A stretch of DNA of 57,752 nucleotides, counting the filler, from Catajapyx aquilonaris (taxonomy: Eukaryota), in assembly GCA_000934665.2 (NCBI GenBank). It is 3 parts of 3 records of this genome, joined end to end, with 100 filler letters (N's around TTAATTAATTAA, not from the genome) between each part and the next. Parts side by side here need not be neighbours in the genome. Positions count along the whole stretch, not along the records: positions 1 to 19,144 come from JYFJ02006519.1; positions 19,245 to 38,461 come from KZ539549.1; 1 more part is not named here. One strand, given 5' to 3'. The notes below the pieces were generated by a model, which was not told where the DNA came from, made no database searches, and worked only from the letters and a program-made list of their open reading frames with translations. Made by a program: the position numbers and the translations under genes. Below, one piece after another: positions 11,667 through 24,430 of this stretch (its first letter is position 1; each line of letters opens with the position of its first letter).

Positions 11667-12228
11667 GGAATCTACGACAACTGGCTGCATATCAACTGGC
11701 TGCCTGGCAACTGGCCGCAGGTCAACTGGCTGCAGGTTGTTTGGAACACCGACAATGTTGCCAAAAGGGATTGGCTGGTGTGCATCAAATCGTTCGTAAT
11801 GAAAAATTTATTGAACACGAGGGCACAATTATTACGTATATCAGCGTCAGGTTGTAGGTTGGCAAAGCCACAATAATGTTCGTTGGCCTGCGGCGCCACA
11901 AGACGGACACTATTGGTTCGGTCACCCCAAAGCCATACAGATGACACCAACAGCCTTTTTCGTTATTAGCCTAAAGGCCAAGTTGCATTTATGTAGGCCT
12001 ACTCTGCTTTACATTACTGCAAAAACCTTATGTCAACAGCTATTTGATCCAGTAATTCTGACCGCAGTCAATTTAATCAGAAACCAAAAGGCAGCAGCCA
12101 TTTTTACATTTCTATTGCAGCCAAATGGCACAGCAGCCAGTTGACCTACGGCCAGTTGCCAGGCAGCCAGTTGACCTGCGTTCAGTTGTCTGACAGCCAG
12201 TTGACATGCAGCCAGATGTCGGGATACC
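11667..12228. mobile_element. Foldback/Mutator-like MITE with ~20-bp subrepeats in its TIRs
   Basis: caactggctg arrays on the left, cagccagttg arrays on the right; GG...CC termini; direct repeat acttgaca(g) on both flanks (8-9-bp TSD). Confidence 0.8.
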
Positions 12229-12537
12229 ACTTGACAGGTTTTACTGTATTGTATTAGGATATGAGCCATTAGCCTGAATCCATCCATCATCAGCAAACAA
12301 CATGCGCTACGATTTTTTAGAGAATTTTTTGGAACTGTTTCTGACCAAATGACCCTTACTTTTTGGACAAGCTAATATAATATAATATGTAGAATGTTGA
12401 ACAGATAATTCGTGCATGCTGAGTTGTGAGACTATGCAGTACTGATTCTAAGGTGGAAGACGACGTGAGATACATTATATACCGCTGGGAACGAATCCCC
12501 TAGGGTACAGAGCACCGTGACTTACAGTGTAAGTTTC

Positions 12538-12993
12538 GTCCGGGGTCGAAAGGTCCACAGGCATTCGTGCTGACTTTTAAGCGCATGTCCAGGATATTCC
12601 CAGGATATGCAATGAGAGCATGACCAACTATTTATATGTCCGTGTGTGTGGGTCTGAATTAGGGGCTTAGTGTATGCCCGGGAATAAAATGTGTGTGATA
12701 TTGTACAACTAAGCAAAAATACTAGGATGATACGTTACCATCGGTTATCGAGACGTAATGGTTTAAAGTCACCGATACACTTCGCGTGATGTCATATGCA
12801 GAGATGATTGGCGTTCTTTCACACGACCTCCTCGTGCATGAATAATTGCCATCGCGATTCTCACAGAAATGGGAAAGAACGCGTGACTTTCACCGTAGAC
12901 AAAGAAGTAATTGCAAACAAGGAACGGGTTCAGGAAATGGCCGACGAGTTTGTCAACAGCATTTTTCAGCCGTCCCACCTGCTTATGGTTTAG
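12538..12993 (+). pseudogene. Decayed WS/DGAT paralogue (last two exons)
   Basis: 12538-12672 reads SC*LLSACPG...CVWV*IRGLV (compare STLVLSNMPG...MFWVPNKGDI). About 12845-12993 reads IAIAILTEMG/KERVTFTVDKEVIANKERVQ with a frameshift (compare VGVSLMSLAGRIRMGLFVDSALIDEKEKIQ). Three stops and one frameshift. Confidence 0.6.
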
Positions 12994-13634
12994 TGCAATT
13001 TGGAATCAAAACAGCAGTGTATAACTTATGCGTTGCTGGGAAGTCGTGCTACCAGCGGGTGAGTGTCGCAACTCGTAAGAATAATATGTTCAGAAAATGT
13101 CCTACGACCAAAAAGGTTCTCTTCTCACGATATTCTCACATTACAATATTCTAGCATCACCATTGGTGATGTTTTGTCAGGAATGTTCTTTGATTGAAAA
13201 TTCACGCGACGCGAATAGTTTCTTTAACAAACTAATACGTACTGCACCGAGCCTGATAAATGTTATTATTGTTAACCTTTTAAATCTATGTTGTTAACTA
13301 AAAAGTAAATATCCCCATATCTCATAACAATAGGCTTACTATCTTCATCCAAGTTCTGTATACACAATATGGTATACTGTATACATACTTGTATTAACTT
13401 TGGGTCCTACGCTCCTACCTTATGAACTATATATGTTATTGTGGCTTAATACTAAATATTTAATTGGAATCATGGACCAAATTATACAACACTCAGACAA
13501 GTACAGTGTCCGGTTCACATACGGCCGAAAAAAACGTCCAGACTGCCAACCATAGAGTTTGACATAGAGCATTCTGCAGACGTTTTTTTTTCGCCCAATG
13601 GCCGTTTTCGGGGTTTGAGCCTAACATATGTAAT

Positions 13635-13750
13635 ATCGGTCTCAATTAGTTTCGGTCACTTTATCCTGGTCTTGAAGCAACCCTTCGCACAGGCCCCACG
13701 GTGAGGAGGTGTGTGTGTGAAGGGTTGCTTCAAGACCAGGATAAAGTGAT
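13635..13750. mobile_element. Palindromic MITE family (PIF/Harbinger-like); copies at ~23722-23858 and ~26250-26383
   Basis: ttatcctggtcttgaagcaaccctt...gggttgcttcaagaccaggataaagtg is shared by three loci. Confidence 0.8.
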
Positions 13751-16693
13751 AGACACGTTAGCAACGGTTGAGAGAAAAATATTGATACTGAAGCCACTCT
13801 TTTGGAGCATTTATTGATGACATTATTTTATTCCAACTCAACGTCGAGAAGAGTAATGGCACAATAATATTTCATGACATCACTGTTAGGCCTCTTCTTA
13901 TAATTAAGAGGAAAAAGTCAGATTTATAAATTAATATCTGATGCTGAAATACACCGGTTTTAATTTTTGTTGTTGGATTTCATATTGATTTAACAATTAA
14001 CCATATACCCGCTACAAGCGCTGCACTTCTTCGCTTGCATTTTTAAAACGGCGTCATTGCTCGGAGACCATTCCCCATAATTTGTGCAGAAAGTCCACAA
14101 ACATTGAGGATCAGTTTTTCGTCTTACTGTTGTACGAGCTAGCAGTACCACGGTTAGCAAAGTATTAATAACCATTTTTACTCATGAGAAAGCTAATGGG
14201 AGAATGTACTGTAGACTGTAGAGACTATCACAGAAGAAGATTGCTAGCAGAGACTTATAGAGTTACAGGAGGAGGACGCAAAACCAACCTTAATTTTATC
14301 AGGTAGTATGTATGTATACTGTACCTGGTGTCTGAGAGGGTAATCAGATGTAGTTCATCCTTTGTCTGGAAATCACTCATAACAGTGAATAGGATCAATA
14401 TACCGGTACTTTACAAGTATATATAGTATCTTTTCGTAAAATGATTACTTGTAATTAGGAGTTAGGACTAATCGCGTAATCAATAGTGTACTCGTACAAA
14501 TGAAAATTGATGCTTAATCCGTCCTTATAAATAGCCAATTTTAGTTAGAATTATCCTTTGCTTAGGCAACCAACATTGATAATTGATAATTTTTTGCTCA
14601 ATTCATGGCATTTGAAACTCAACACTGCGGCTACTCACTGTCAGCATCGTAAAAATAAAACGACAATGACAGTGACTATTACCAAGATTATTGCAATGAC
14701 CAATGTTCATGCCTTAGTACTCTGCGAATACGTCTTTATGTAGTACCGCTTCTTAAAAATATGTTCACAGTCAAACATACTGTAGGTTTACATGAACTGT
14801 GATGAAACTATTGGACATGGAAGCAGTTTCTCATTAAGACACCCTTATCGGTAACAATCCAAAAATATCACTGGAAATTGCAAATTTTATTTTTAATACG
14901 CTAACAAATAATATCATGTTCACAATGGAAAGTGGACATCGGCATAGACCTACTCTTGTGCTTATAATTATCTAGAATTGCATTGACTAAGAAAATTACA
15001 CTATAGGGGAGACCGGGGAACAGCATATGCCCCATTTATCGGTATTACACTTGCACTTACGTTCTCTCACCAACAATCCCTATCCTTATAACCATCGCCC
15101 TTGATTTCCCTGCACCGGAGTTTGAAGAAAAGCAGAAAATTATGAGAAAATTAAAATGGTGGTAATCCACTCCCCTAAAAGGTCTCAGCTCCCTCTAATG
15201 GGGTAAGATAAAATAAAATAATAAAAAAGTACCATCCTTTGTGCATAAATGCTGGAAATCCGCATAGCCTCATTTGCAATGGAATCCATAATGGAAGCTA
15301 CGATTCATAACATCATGTCGGTTGCTATACCCTCTGGGGCACAGTGGTCCATGGACCAGTGAGCGCCTTTTGTGGACGATCCTTTTGCCTCTGTGCAGCA
15401 CTTCATGTCATCGTAGTTTTATATACTAATGGTTTGGACAGACACTAGTATGAAATAAATAAAGTTCATTCCCCAAAGGATGAGGCAGGACAAGTCAACT
15501 TTCCGGAGAGAGACAATGTTTCACTTGTGTCCGCAGGTTGCAGTAACAGAAGTCAATTTTTTTATTTCCTGTTTATGTAGATTGTAGAGGGTTAGATGTA
15601 TAGGATAAAAAGTAAAATATACCTCTTGTGTGAATTAGGGGTCACAATCACTTCCGGACCACTGCGCTCCGGGTATCGGGGCACAGTGGTCCATTTGCAT
15701 AGGGCAGTATCTAAAATTTATTTAAGCCAAACGGATGGCACTACCTGTGAATATATTATTAACTAAGTCACTTTTATTACCAAAGAGTACCTCCAGCATG
15801 CCCGGCGAAAAATATTGGGTGTGTAGGTGGTATAACAGGAGCTGTTATAAAAATTCAAAAGTGGAACACTGTGCCCCAGTCTTATTATTTTGTGTCACAC
15901 AGACAAAATATTCATCATGGAATACCTAGTTTTTATTGAATGCAAGGTTCAAGCGTTCCCTCTAACTGTAAAGTATTCTCTTCCATAGTTAGACATTCAT
16001 TTCACAACAAGAACAACAGAAACATCACAGCATAAATATACGTACAGTGAATCTTTGGTACCGCGTTGTTTAGTTCCATACAGAGAATAACACATTACTT
16101 TATTTTTTTATCAAGGTTGCGCAACAACGCCTTCAGTATACAGTATTTTGGACCATGCATACACACACTTACAAAAATAACCAGATTAAAAATACCTTTT
16201 GCTAGGTAACAACTGCTTCTAACCAGTGCCCTTTAATAGGACCGGTTGCATGATCGATTGTTCTGGATTTATCATCAATCACGCACTCGGTCCTTAGAGA
16301 ATCCAAATTCTGACTTTCATAATCTAACTAACCCCACAATATTATGAAAATCTAAAATCACACACTGAGATCGTCGATTAATGAAACCATTTGGTAAATC
16401 ATTTCCCGTGTGCCCAGATGCTCGAAGTTCATTTAATTGGGCGTATGCAACAATTGGATAACTGACTGGTGAGGATCACATCCTTAACTAGATAACAGCT
16501 TTTTGCTAATTACACATCTAACGAATATTACTCCCATTCGATGGCTAGAGCAATATGTTGTAACCCACCAACGGGTATTTTGAAGAAGAAAAATATCTTC
16601 TGAAAATACTCACTCTCCGTCATTGCGTGACTGTCACGACCTCAATGACTTGAATATGCTTGAACATCAGACACCATTATGAAGACAACAAAA

Positions 16694-17924
16694 TTACTCC
16701 ACCACTTTTACATCTTGCAGTTGCGCCTCGGCAGCCGCCTGGTTCAGATTTTGGAGCTGCTCCTCCCAGCAGGTTAAAATAGCCTGAATTTTTTCTTTTT
16801 CGTCAATGAGAGCACTATCCACAAACAGCCCCATTCGAATTCTGCCTGCCAGACTCATCAATGACACGCCCACACCTGTAATACAAAATTAATTATTACA
16901 TATTCTGAGTAAAAGACATTCCAACTAAAGATATACGTAGGCAGCATTTGTACAGTACTGGTACTTCAATTAACAAATTGATATCCAACTTATCTATATG
17001 GCACCAGATATGCACAGTACACTCTGCCATCTCAAGTGTTCTTAAAATTCATTGCTAGCAATTGCAATGCACAAAAAGTTCACCTTCACACACATGTGTG
17101 TGAAGGTGAACTATTATCATACTGCAGTATGATAATAGTGTCTTACCAATATCCCCTTTGTTTGGAACCCAGAACATGAAGTCCACCAGCTTTGATCCAA
17201 GCAGTGTAGGTGCCTCTTGCGGCCCTGGCATGTTGCTAAGGACCAACGTGGACGGAACACGATCTGACAGCACTTGCGTCAACTGTTCCGGAATTAACTT
17301 GAGCAAAAATCTGATTGTCCAGTAGTTTGTGTAGGCATTAGGTTTCTTTTTCTGCTTCCGTGTCTCTTCTCTCGTAACAGCTAGCCTACGAAGAGGATCC
17401 ATTGCTGCTGTTGGGAGTCGAAGCAGCAAAGGAGAAATATGGTTTTTCAGTTCGTCTTCCGTAGTTGGGGACTTCATCGGAATAGGAATGACAGCGTTAA
17501 CGTAGTCCGGTACCGTTCCTCCCATCACAGCAAAATGTTGGTAGATACATTCACTAACAGACGACAATAGAACATCCGTGACGGTAGCACCTGTCTTCTT
17601 CTTGATGTCTTTGATCAGGGCCATGCCTACTGGGTTTGACCAGGCCAAAATTTTGTCTCCTGTAAGACTGGCACCACGGAGGGCGTTCTTCTCTTTGGCG
17701 AAAGAAGATATGAGATTCTTAGGTACGTAACTCAGAGCCCAGAGTGTGAGGCCAATGTTCTGAAAGAAGGATCTCCTCGGGGGCTGAGGAAATACCACTT
17801 GGATCTGTTCGTCGGCGAGAGCTGACATGACAGATTTGAGCAGAGAAAATCCATCGCCATAGCTGTGATGTATGCGAACTATCACGGCGCACCTTTGCAC
17901 CCTAGTCTCCTCTGTACTTGACAC
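16694..17924 (-). CDS. Wax ester synthase/diacylglycerol O-acyltransferase (WS/DGAT) family, 3' two exons; 5' exons missing
   Basis: Exon 17924-17147 contains the catalytic RIHHSYGDG, GATVTDV, N-x-I-S and LSNMPGP motifs. Phase-1 intron gtaaga...tacag (17146-16876). Last exon 16875-16694 GVGVSLMSLAGRIRMGLFVD...VVE*. Confidence 0.9.
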
Positions 17925-18310
17925 CTGCAATCCAAGGGATCACATTAGCGGTTTAAGTTACTGTTGACTGATTCTCACATGCATCACTTGAATGTCAGGA
18001 AAACATTGCTACAAAATTAACGCATAGTTATGAAACATTTTCGAACAGCTGATCTTAATCTGTTGCATGTTTATATGAAGCAATTGATTTATCCTAGACC
18101 CGGTTGTAATCTGGGTCAAGAAAGACGCATGAACATTTGCATCTTACACGATACCAATAGGAGGGCCTACATCCTAATATATTGTTCATTAACATCCAAA
18201 ATTATTAACCTTGACAACAAGAGGAAATGAAGCAAATATCACCTATAAAATTAGGTTATCTTTGCTTTCCCGCATATTTTATCATGATACACTTCTTCTT
18301 TTGCACTGCA

Positions 18311-18360
18311 CAGGGTGACCCAAAAGTCTGGACACATAGGTAATAATAATAATAATAATA

Positions 18361-18414
<54 letters not shown>

Positions 18415-18516
18415 AATAATAATAATAATAATAATATATTGTTGGTTGCCAGGACACCAATAATTGTCAACAAACAATATAATATTATTACCTATGTGTA
18501 CTTTTGGGTCACCCTA
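18311..18516. mobile_element. Tc1/mariner MITE containing expanded (TAA)n/(TTA)n microsatellites
   Basis: TIRs cagggtgacccaaaag / cttttgggtcaccct; alternating-orientation TAA arrays at 18341-18436. Confidence 0.75.
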
Positions 18517-19144
18517 TACTATGTAGCCCATTATCCATATATATTTAGCACTAAATATTCTGGACTTGGCGCTAACAGCAGACATTCTTGCCAAAGCTGT
18601 CAAATCGAGTAATAACAGTTGACGCTCCACGTCAAGTAGCCCTGACTTGACGGTAAGACGTGTTGTGAGCGTCTCTGGTTCTTGGCAAATCCTTTTAACT
18701 GCATTTAATGAGGAAGAAAAAAATGCAATACCTGTATATGCCCTATTTCAGAAAATACTCGCCCTTACTTTTGAGTGGGATGTGTATACTGAATACTATA
18801 GCATAGCCCAGATGTAAAGGCAGAGGCCGTCCACTTCCTTATTTGAATCCCATCCACTCCGGATCACCTACCGCGATAACTAATAGAAAGGATACGCTCA
18901 TTATTTCTGAGGTACAGTCCCGAGCATAAAAGTTGGGAGTCGCTGCGGGCTTTCTCTGACCTTCCATTATCATACGAAAATAATTAATTGACTCTTTTTG
19001 GACCCAGCTAGCTGCTTTAGGCGTGTGTTCGTGTATTTATAACCATATATATATACTTGCCCAAACCCAGAATAATTCGCTCACCCTGATATTTCCCAGT
19101 TGAGAATATGGAAATGACGAAATATAAATTAATTGCACATAAAT

Positions 19145-19244
19145 NNNNNNNNNNNNNNNNNNNNNNNNNNNNNNNNNNNNNNNNNNNNTTAATTAATTAA
19201 NNNNNNNNNNNNNNNNNNNNNNNNNNNNNNNNNNNNNNNNNNNN
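19145..19244. other. Assembly gap of unknown size with TTAATTAATTAA linker
   Basis: 44 N + TTAATTAATTAA + 44 N; identical layout at 38462-38561, so it is an artificial join. Confidence 0.95.
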
Positions 19245-19339
19245 ATATTTCATTGTTATGGTGTAAGTTTATATTCCAATTTTCAGTTTTATTAAAAAAT
19301 AGAGGGGGTGAATCTTTGGGTGATCTCACATGGAATTAC

Positions 19340-19763
19340 CCGGGTGTATCTGAACTCAGTGCCCCGACGTATATGACTGCCTTCCTAGCCACCAGAGGAT
19401 CGATTTAAGTATAGGAGTCATATGTCTGGGCAGCCTCATTACGGAGATAATTGGCCGCAGACATGTAGTACAAAATATCCTGTCGGTTAGGCCACCCATC
19501 GAACCCTCCCCCAGTCAGAAGGCTCTGGAAGGTCTGGGGGCCGGACTTTGTTGGTTTGTTGCCCACAGGTGGTAAGGCCTCTTTGGCTAGTTACACCAGA
19601 AAATTCTATTTAAAAGTCAGAAGGAGCGATTAGGCAAAAATCGCTAAAGAGTGTATCTCAGTAATGAGGCTGCCCAGACATATGACTCCTATACTTAAAT
19701 CGATCCTCTGGTGGCTAGGAAGGCAGTCATATACGTCGGGGCACTGAGTTCAGATACACCCTG
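19340..19763. mobile_element. Tc1/mariner MITE related to 8513-8950
   Basis: About 110-bp TIRs gggtgtatctgaactcagtgcccc...ggggcactgagttcagatacaccctg-TA. Confidence 0.85.
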
Positions 19764-19979
19764 TATTACATATTTTACATTATTCATTATTACAACGAGC
19801 ATAAAACTTGATTGCTTCGGCTGGGAAGTGCAGCTCACACAGGCTATAGCTTCGGTAGGAAGGTCCATCCCGCTTCCACTCCACTGTCAGTGGTCACAAG
19901 CAAACAGCTGTAGCGGCGCCCCGCCATAATACAGGCGAAGAAACTGTCTTCCCTCGGCCGGAGTCGGAGACGTAACGGG

Positions 19980-21098
19980 ACAAACGTCTCCAGACAGCCC
20001 CACCTCCAAACCTTCAAACCACAAAAGCACCTCGCCTGCGCGCCATCGTGCGGGAGGGCCGGGAAGCTCAGAAGAGAGGGGAGCAGCTGGCCAACCTAGC
20101 CCGTTACAAAAACGTCTCCAGACAGCGCCACCTCCTCCAAACCTCCAAACCACAAAAGCACAATGACACCTCGCCTGCGCGCCATCGTGCGGGAGGGCCG
20201 GGAAGCGCAGCGCATGCGCCGTTCCGTTCATCGCCGATCCGATCACTCCATCGGATAACTGCTACTCAGCAGCCGCTACAACTATTGCGCTATTCTGCGA
20301 CTCGGTATCATTGCATTTTCGCCATAAAATGACGCGTGACTGACAATACTTCCTGCAGGGTACTGTACGGCACTAAATAAATTGCTGTATAAAAAATAAG
20401 GAGGAAGGGAGTGAAAAAAAAGACACAGAAGAAAAGACGACGAAAAAAAGAGGGGAAAAAAAGAAGCCTCACTGGGACGCGAACCTGCAGCCTTCTGATC
20501 TATAGGCCAGCGCGCAGACCAATACGCTACAGCAGCCATCGCTGGAATGGCTCCTTCCGATACTGCGCAGAGGTCAGGCCGCCGTTAAATGACTAATGAC
20601 GTGCAGGGGGCGAGCGTGTTGATATTTTCAGTGCTGGAATATTAATTTTCACTGCTTGATGTGGGCAGGGGGTAGGGGTACGATGTACTAACCCAACCTA
20701 AACTAACCTAACCTTCACTCGTTGCGTATACAGCCCTATCCTCAGCGTATACAGCCCTATCCTCAGCGTATACAGCCCTATCCTCAGCGTATACAGTCCT
20801 ATCTTCACGTATACAGCCCTATCGTCAGCGCATACAGCCTACGTACGGATGTGATTACAACCGTATATAATAGCAGGATAGCGGATAGCGGAATCGCAGT
20901 AGCTGCTACGGAGTAGCAGTTATCCGATGGAGTGATCGGATCGGCGATGAAGGGAACGGCGCATGCGCTGCGCTTCCCGGCCCTCCCGCACGATGGCGCG
21001 CAGGCGAGGTGTCGTTGTGCTTTTGTGGTTTGGAGGTTTGGAGGAGGTGGCACTGTCTGGAGACGTTTTTGTAACGGGCTAGGTTGGCCAGCTGCTCC
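19980..21098. mobile_element. Long-inverted-repeat element with internal 21-bp tandem array, (AACCT)n tract and tRNA-like segment
   Basis: ~20075-20300 is inverted at ~20880-21098; direct duplication 19983-20070/20110-20205; cagcgtatacagccctatcct about 5 times at 20724-20840. Confidence 0.7.
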
Positions 21099-21261
21099 GA
21101 ATATCAGTTTCGGGTCCAAAAATTATAGTGTCTTAACCGCATACGACCTCACATATGTTAGTTTTAAGATTTATAACTCTTAATTATGTGCGTCTTGTAT
21201 TTAAATAACATATTTTATTGAAATTCCACACGACAGTAGCGCCGCGTAGTGGGACAACGGC

Positions 21262-22877
21262 CAATGGGGCTGGCCAGCACACTAACCGCATGGTGGCGCA
21301 AGTGGGCATTTGGATGCATTCTATCGATCATGAACTATTACATGTAAAATGATAGCGCTACGAGGTTTTTATTGGATTTTTTAATGGGCTCAGGTGTAAG
21401 TGTGAGTGAAAGTTTATAGTGGCAATAGCGAGGGGACAGTTTGTACACGAGTATGTGGAAGCGCGAAGGGGCCTCAGAGTCCCGCAACAGCCAGCAAAAA
21501 AAAAGGGAAGACACCGATCGAGCGCCAATTTCGAACAATGGAATGGTCCAATACTGTGAGGTGCCAGGAACCAGGATGCGCACCAATATGCACCAACCGG
21601 ATTTACCCCCTCGGCCGCCCCTATGCANCCCCCCCCGCATATGGCGCTTAAAATGCAAAAATCTTTGCCAAGTTCTCTCCTTCAATTAATTTTATATAAA
21701 AAATTATATTTCAACTCTTTCAACTTATGGCTGTCCCTGCAGGGCGGCCGATATTAGGGTTTTCTGCCTAGTGGCAAATCCGGCGCTGGGAACCCCCCGA
21801 CGAAATTTGAGAATTTTTTTATTAGGCTATTTCGCCTTTATTTTCTATAATTTTAGCTTATTTGAAAAATATTTATTGCAACATGCGGCCGCCCCTAGGC
21901 AATTGCCTATTCTGCCAATGGTAAATCCGGTACTGCTTCCAGTCGCGTAGTTATTTATTATTAATTTTTCGTTTACTTATTTTTGTATGCCTTTTGCCGC
22001 CCCTTGAAATCTATAGGCAACTGCATAGGTTGCCTTGCCGTAAATCCAGCGCTGACTACCGGGCATACCTTTCCGAAAGTTATGCTCTTATGATGCTGTT
22101 ATAAGGCAACAGAAAAGCCATCCGTGACGTACTGCCAAAATGCCACACACAAATCTTTGGTGGCTTCGCAATCTGACAATTTATTGAATAACCATCACGC
22201 TCCAGTACGCCACTTTATGTTCATTTTTTTTTTGCATATAGCGATGGGTGCAGAACTCGGTGTTGGTGGTACAAAAGGTTGAAAAACGAGAATATGATAG
22301 CACAACCTTGCACCCCATTGAGTTATAATAAGAGATCAGCTTTCGTGGGTGATATTTTCGCGTAATTTCTACCAAAATTAATGTGGCCCAGGCAGTAAAA
22401 TTTATTTGACTGATTTGGCGTGACATACGCTCTCCGACACTGTCATGCACGTTCATAAATAAGTAAGAAAGCAGTTCTTATTCCAAAACTTTCGTAAGGG
22501 TGGGGACAGGGCGGGAAACGATGGCAATAGCCGTATTCAACGATACCATCTAACTGAAAAGTGAATGCTAAATTGCTTACCCGAGTGCAATAGCAACTTC
22601 TTAGCAGTCTTCCCTAGAATGCAAGGCGATTGTGGTTTCCGATAACTGTCGCGAAGGCACTGAGTTGCCTGTAATCCGTGATTCCGTAATAAATTTCATC
22701 TGGAAGGCTAATTATTCTCGAATCATGTTGGCATAGCGTTATGGAATAGCCGTTATTGGTCGCGGTATTGGTCGCGGTTACTAATAGCTCTACGAGACCT
22801 CCCTCAAATAGTAAATAACACCCAATTGCCCACTAGCGCCAACTGGCGGAATAGTTTGCGGCTGGCCAGCCCCATTG
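21262..22877. mobile_element. Putative TIR element (CAATGGGG termini) with nested hAT-like MITE(s) at ~21592-22053
   Basis: caatggggctggccagc / gctggccagccccattg; a similar end occurs at ~38720-38766. The nested part resembles 45927-46423. No TSD found. Confidence 0.45.
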
Positions 22878-24430
22878 CGTTGGCTGAAAAAGTGGCGACA
22901 CTCGGAAACAGTTTTTACCTCTCTTGGTGCAACTACACTATAAGCTCTTTGGGTCTGCCAGAATCTGCCCCGTTCATATAAAGCCTTCTGAATCGTTGTA
23001 CTGAGAAATAACGACAAACTTCGATCGTTTCTTAAATCCGGTACATCTGACGCAGTGCTCATAGGAGTATCCCAACAATAAACGTTAAATTAATGACGCC
23101 GATTTCATGAATAGAGTGTCCATTACATATCCTATGTTACTTTGGACTTCGGATTTTGTTATAATGAGTTATTAAATTATAATAAATAGTTAAGAGGTCC
23201 GAGAATTACTAGATTTAGAATATATTGCTTTAGTAAATACGTTATGCTGCGTCCGTCACATGCAAATAAAGACTGGGGACAATAATAATGCAATGCAGTG
23301 GTGAATGGAAACGTTATTGGCATCGGGGTCGAAGGAAAACTAAGGGAAGAAGAATACGGTATTGTATATTCAAAGAACGAATAAGACGTGAGTCCGTATT
23401 TTTATATTGATTGGTAATCGACGAATTTACTACACTGGAAGTAAATCGCTAATATTTTAGAACAATTATTATTGGAAATGTTTCTGAAATTACTCGGAAG
23501 GTCGTGCCACATAATGGAAAGGAGGCGTCCATAACTTTTTTTAACCTGACCGGATGCAACACACGTTACACCCATGACGTCACATGCAGGCTCTCTGAAA
23601 ATGATGTTATTAGTGTACGGTACATTTAGACGTGATAGGATCGAAATAGGACCTGCACGAAGAGTGGTTAGCTAATGGCGCCCAAGCGGGTTGCCACCTT
23701 GATCCCCTTTGCATATCACATATGGGTCACAAATCCTTTTGGCCACTTTATCCTGGTCTTGAAGCAACCCTTCGCACAGGTCCCACGGTGAGCAAGTGTG
23801 TTTGTGTGAAGGGTTGCTTCAAGACCAGGATAAAGTGGCCAAAAGAATTTGAGCCCCTTAGTACCTGCCGTGTGCCGATAGCGTTGCTGATTGCGGAAGT
23901 CACAGTTAAGGAGAGATTCACCTATGCAGAACAGCGCAGCGGGTCAAATATGCAACAACAATGAGCATCGGGAAGTAATAATTATAATGACCTTTTACAG
24001 ACGCCATTTTCAAGCCAAAAACTGATCAAACTTACAAAATAAAAATTGGCGCCGCCATTCAAATTAAGTAAAGGGTTCAGTCATTTGGTAAGTTGTGCTC
24101 CAAAATATCAGGAAAAAAATCACTGATTCCAAATAATTATGCGGTCAGTTTTTTAATTCGATGACGCACGAGCCAATGCAGTTAGGTTAAAGTTGTAATC
24201 CTTGACGGTATTAATGATGCAGTATCGCGTCGCCCGCGACATTTACCGCAACTCCCGGAAACCTGTTTACCCGCGGCCAATGGGATTTTCTTATCCGCGG
24301 AGACAAATTTATTGGCCGTTGGATCAAATTGCATCAAATGCCAAATGCCGCAGATGGTTTTAAGGCGAATCCGGAAATGAGCTCCTATCGGCAGGCTGGC
24401 AGGATAGGGAAGGGAAAGTGGGAGAGAGAC

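Noticed and set aside
18256..18477. Poly-Ile/Asn/Tyr ORFs
   Set aside because: Translations of (TAA)n microsatellites within a MITE.
19189..19200. TTAATTAATTAA palindrome (also 38506-38517) as a regulatory or recombination site
   Set aside because: It sits symmetrically inside 100-nt N blocks, so it is an artificial scaffolding linker.
20724..20840. 21-bp array as a CRISPR or as a (RIQPYPQ)n protein
   Set aside because: Contiguous units with no spacers, inside a TE in a eukaryotic context; the ORF is a by-product of the period.
22580..22700. Exon-like segment with a gtaagc donor as a WS/DGAT 5' exon
   Set aside because: No frame resembles the WS/DGAT N-terminus, and it lies inside a putative TIR element.
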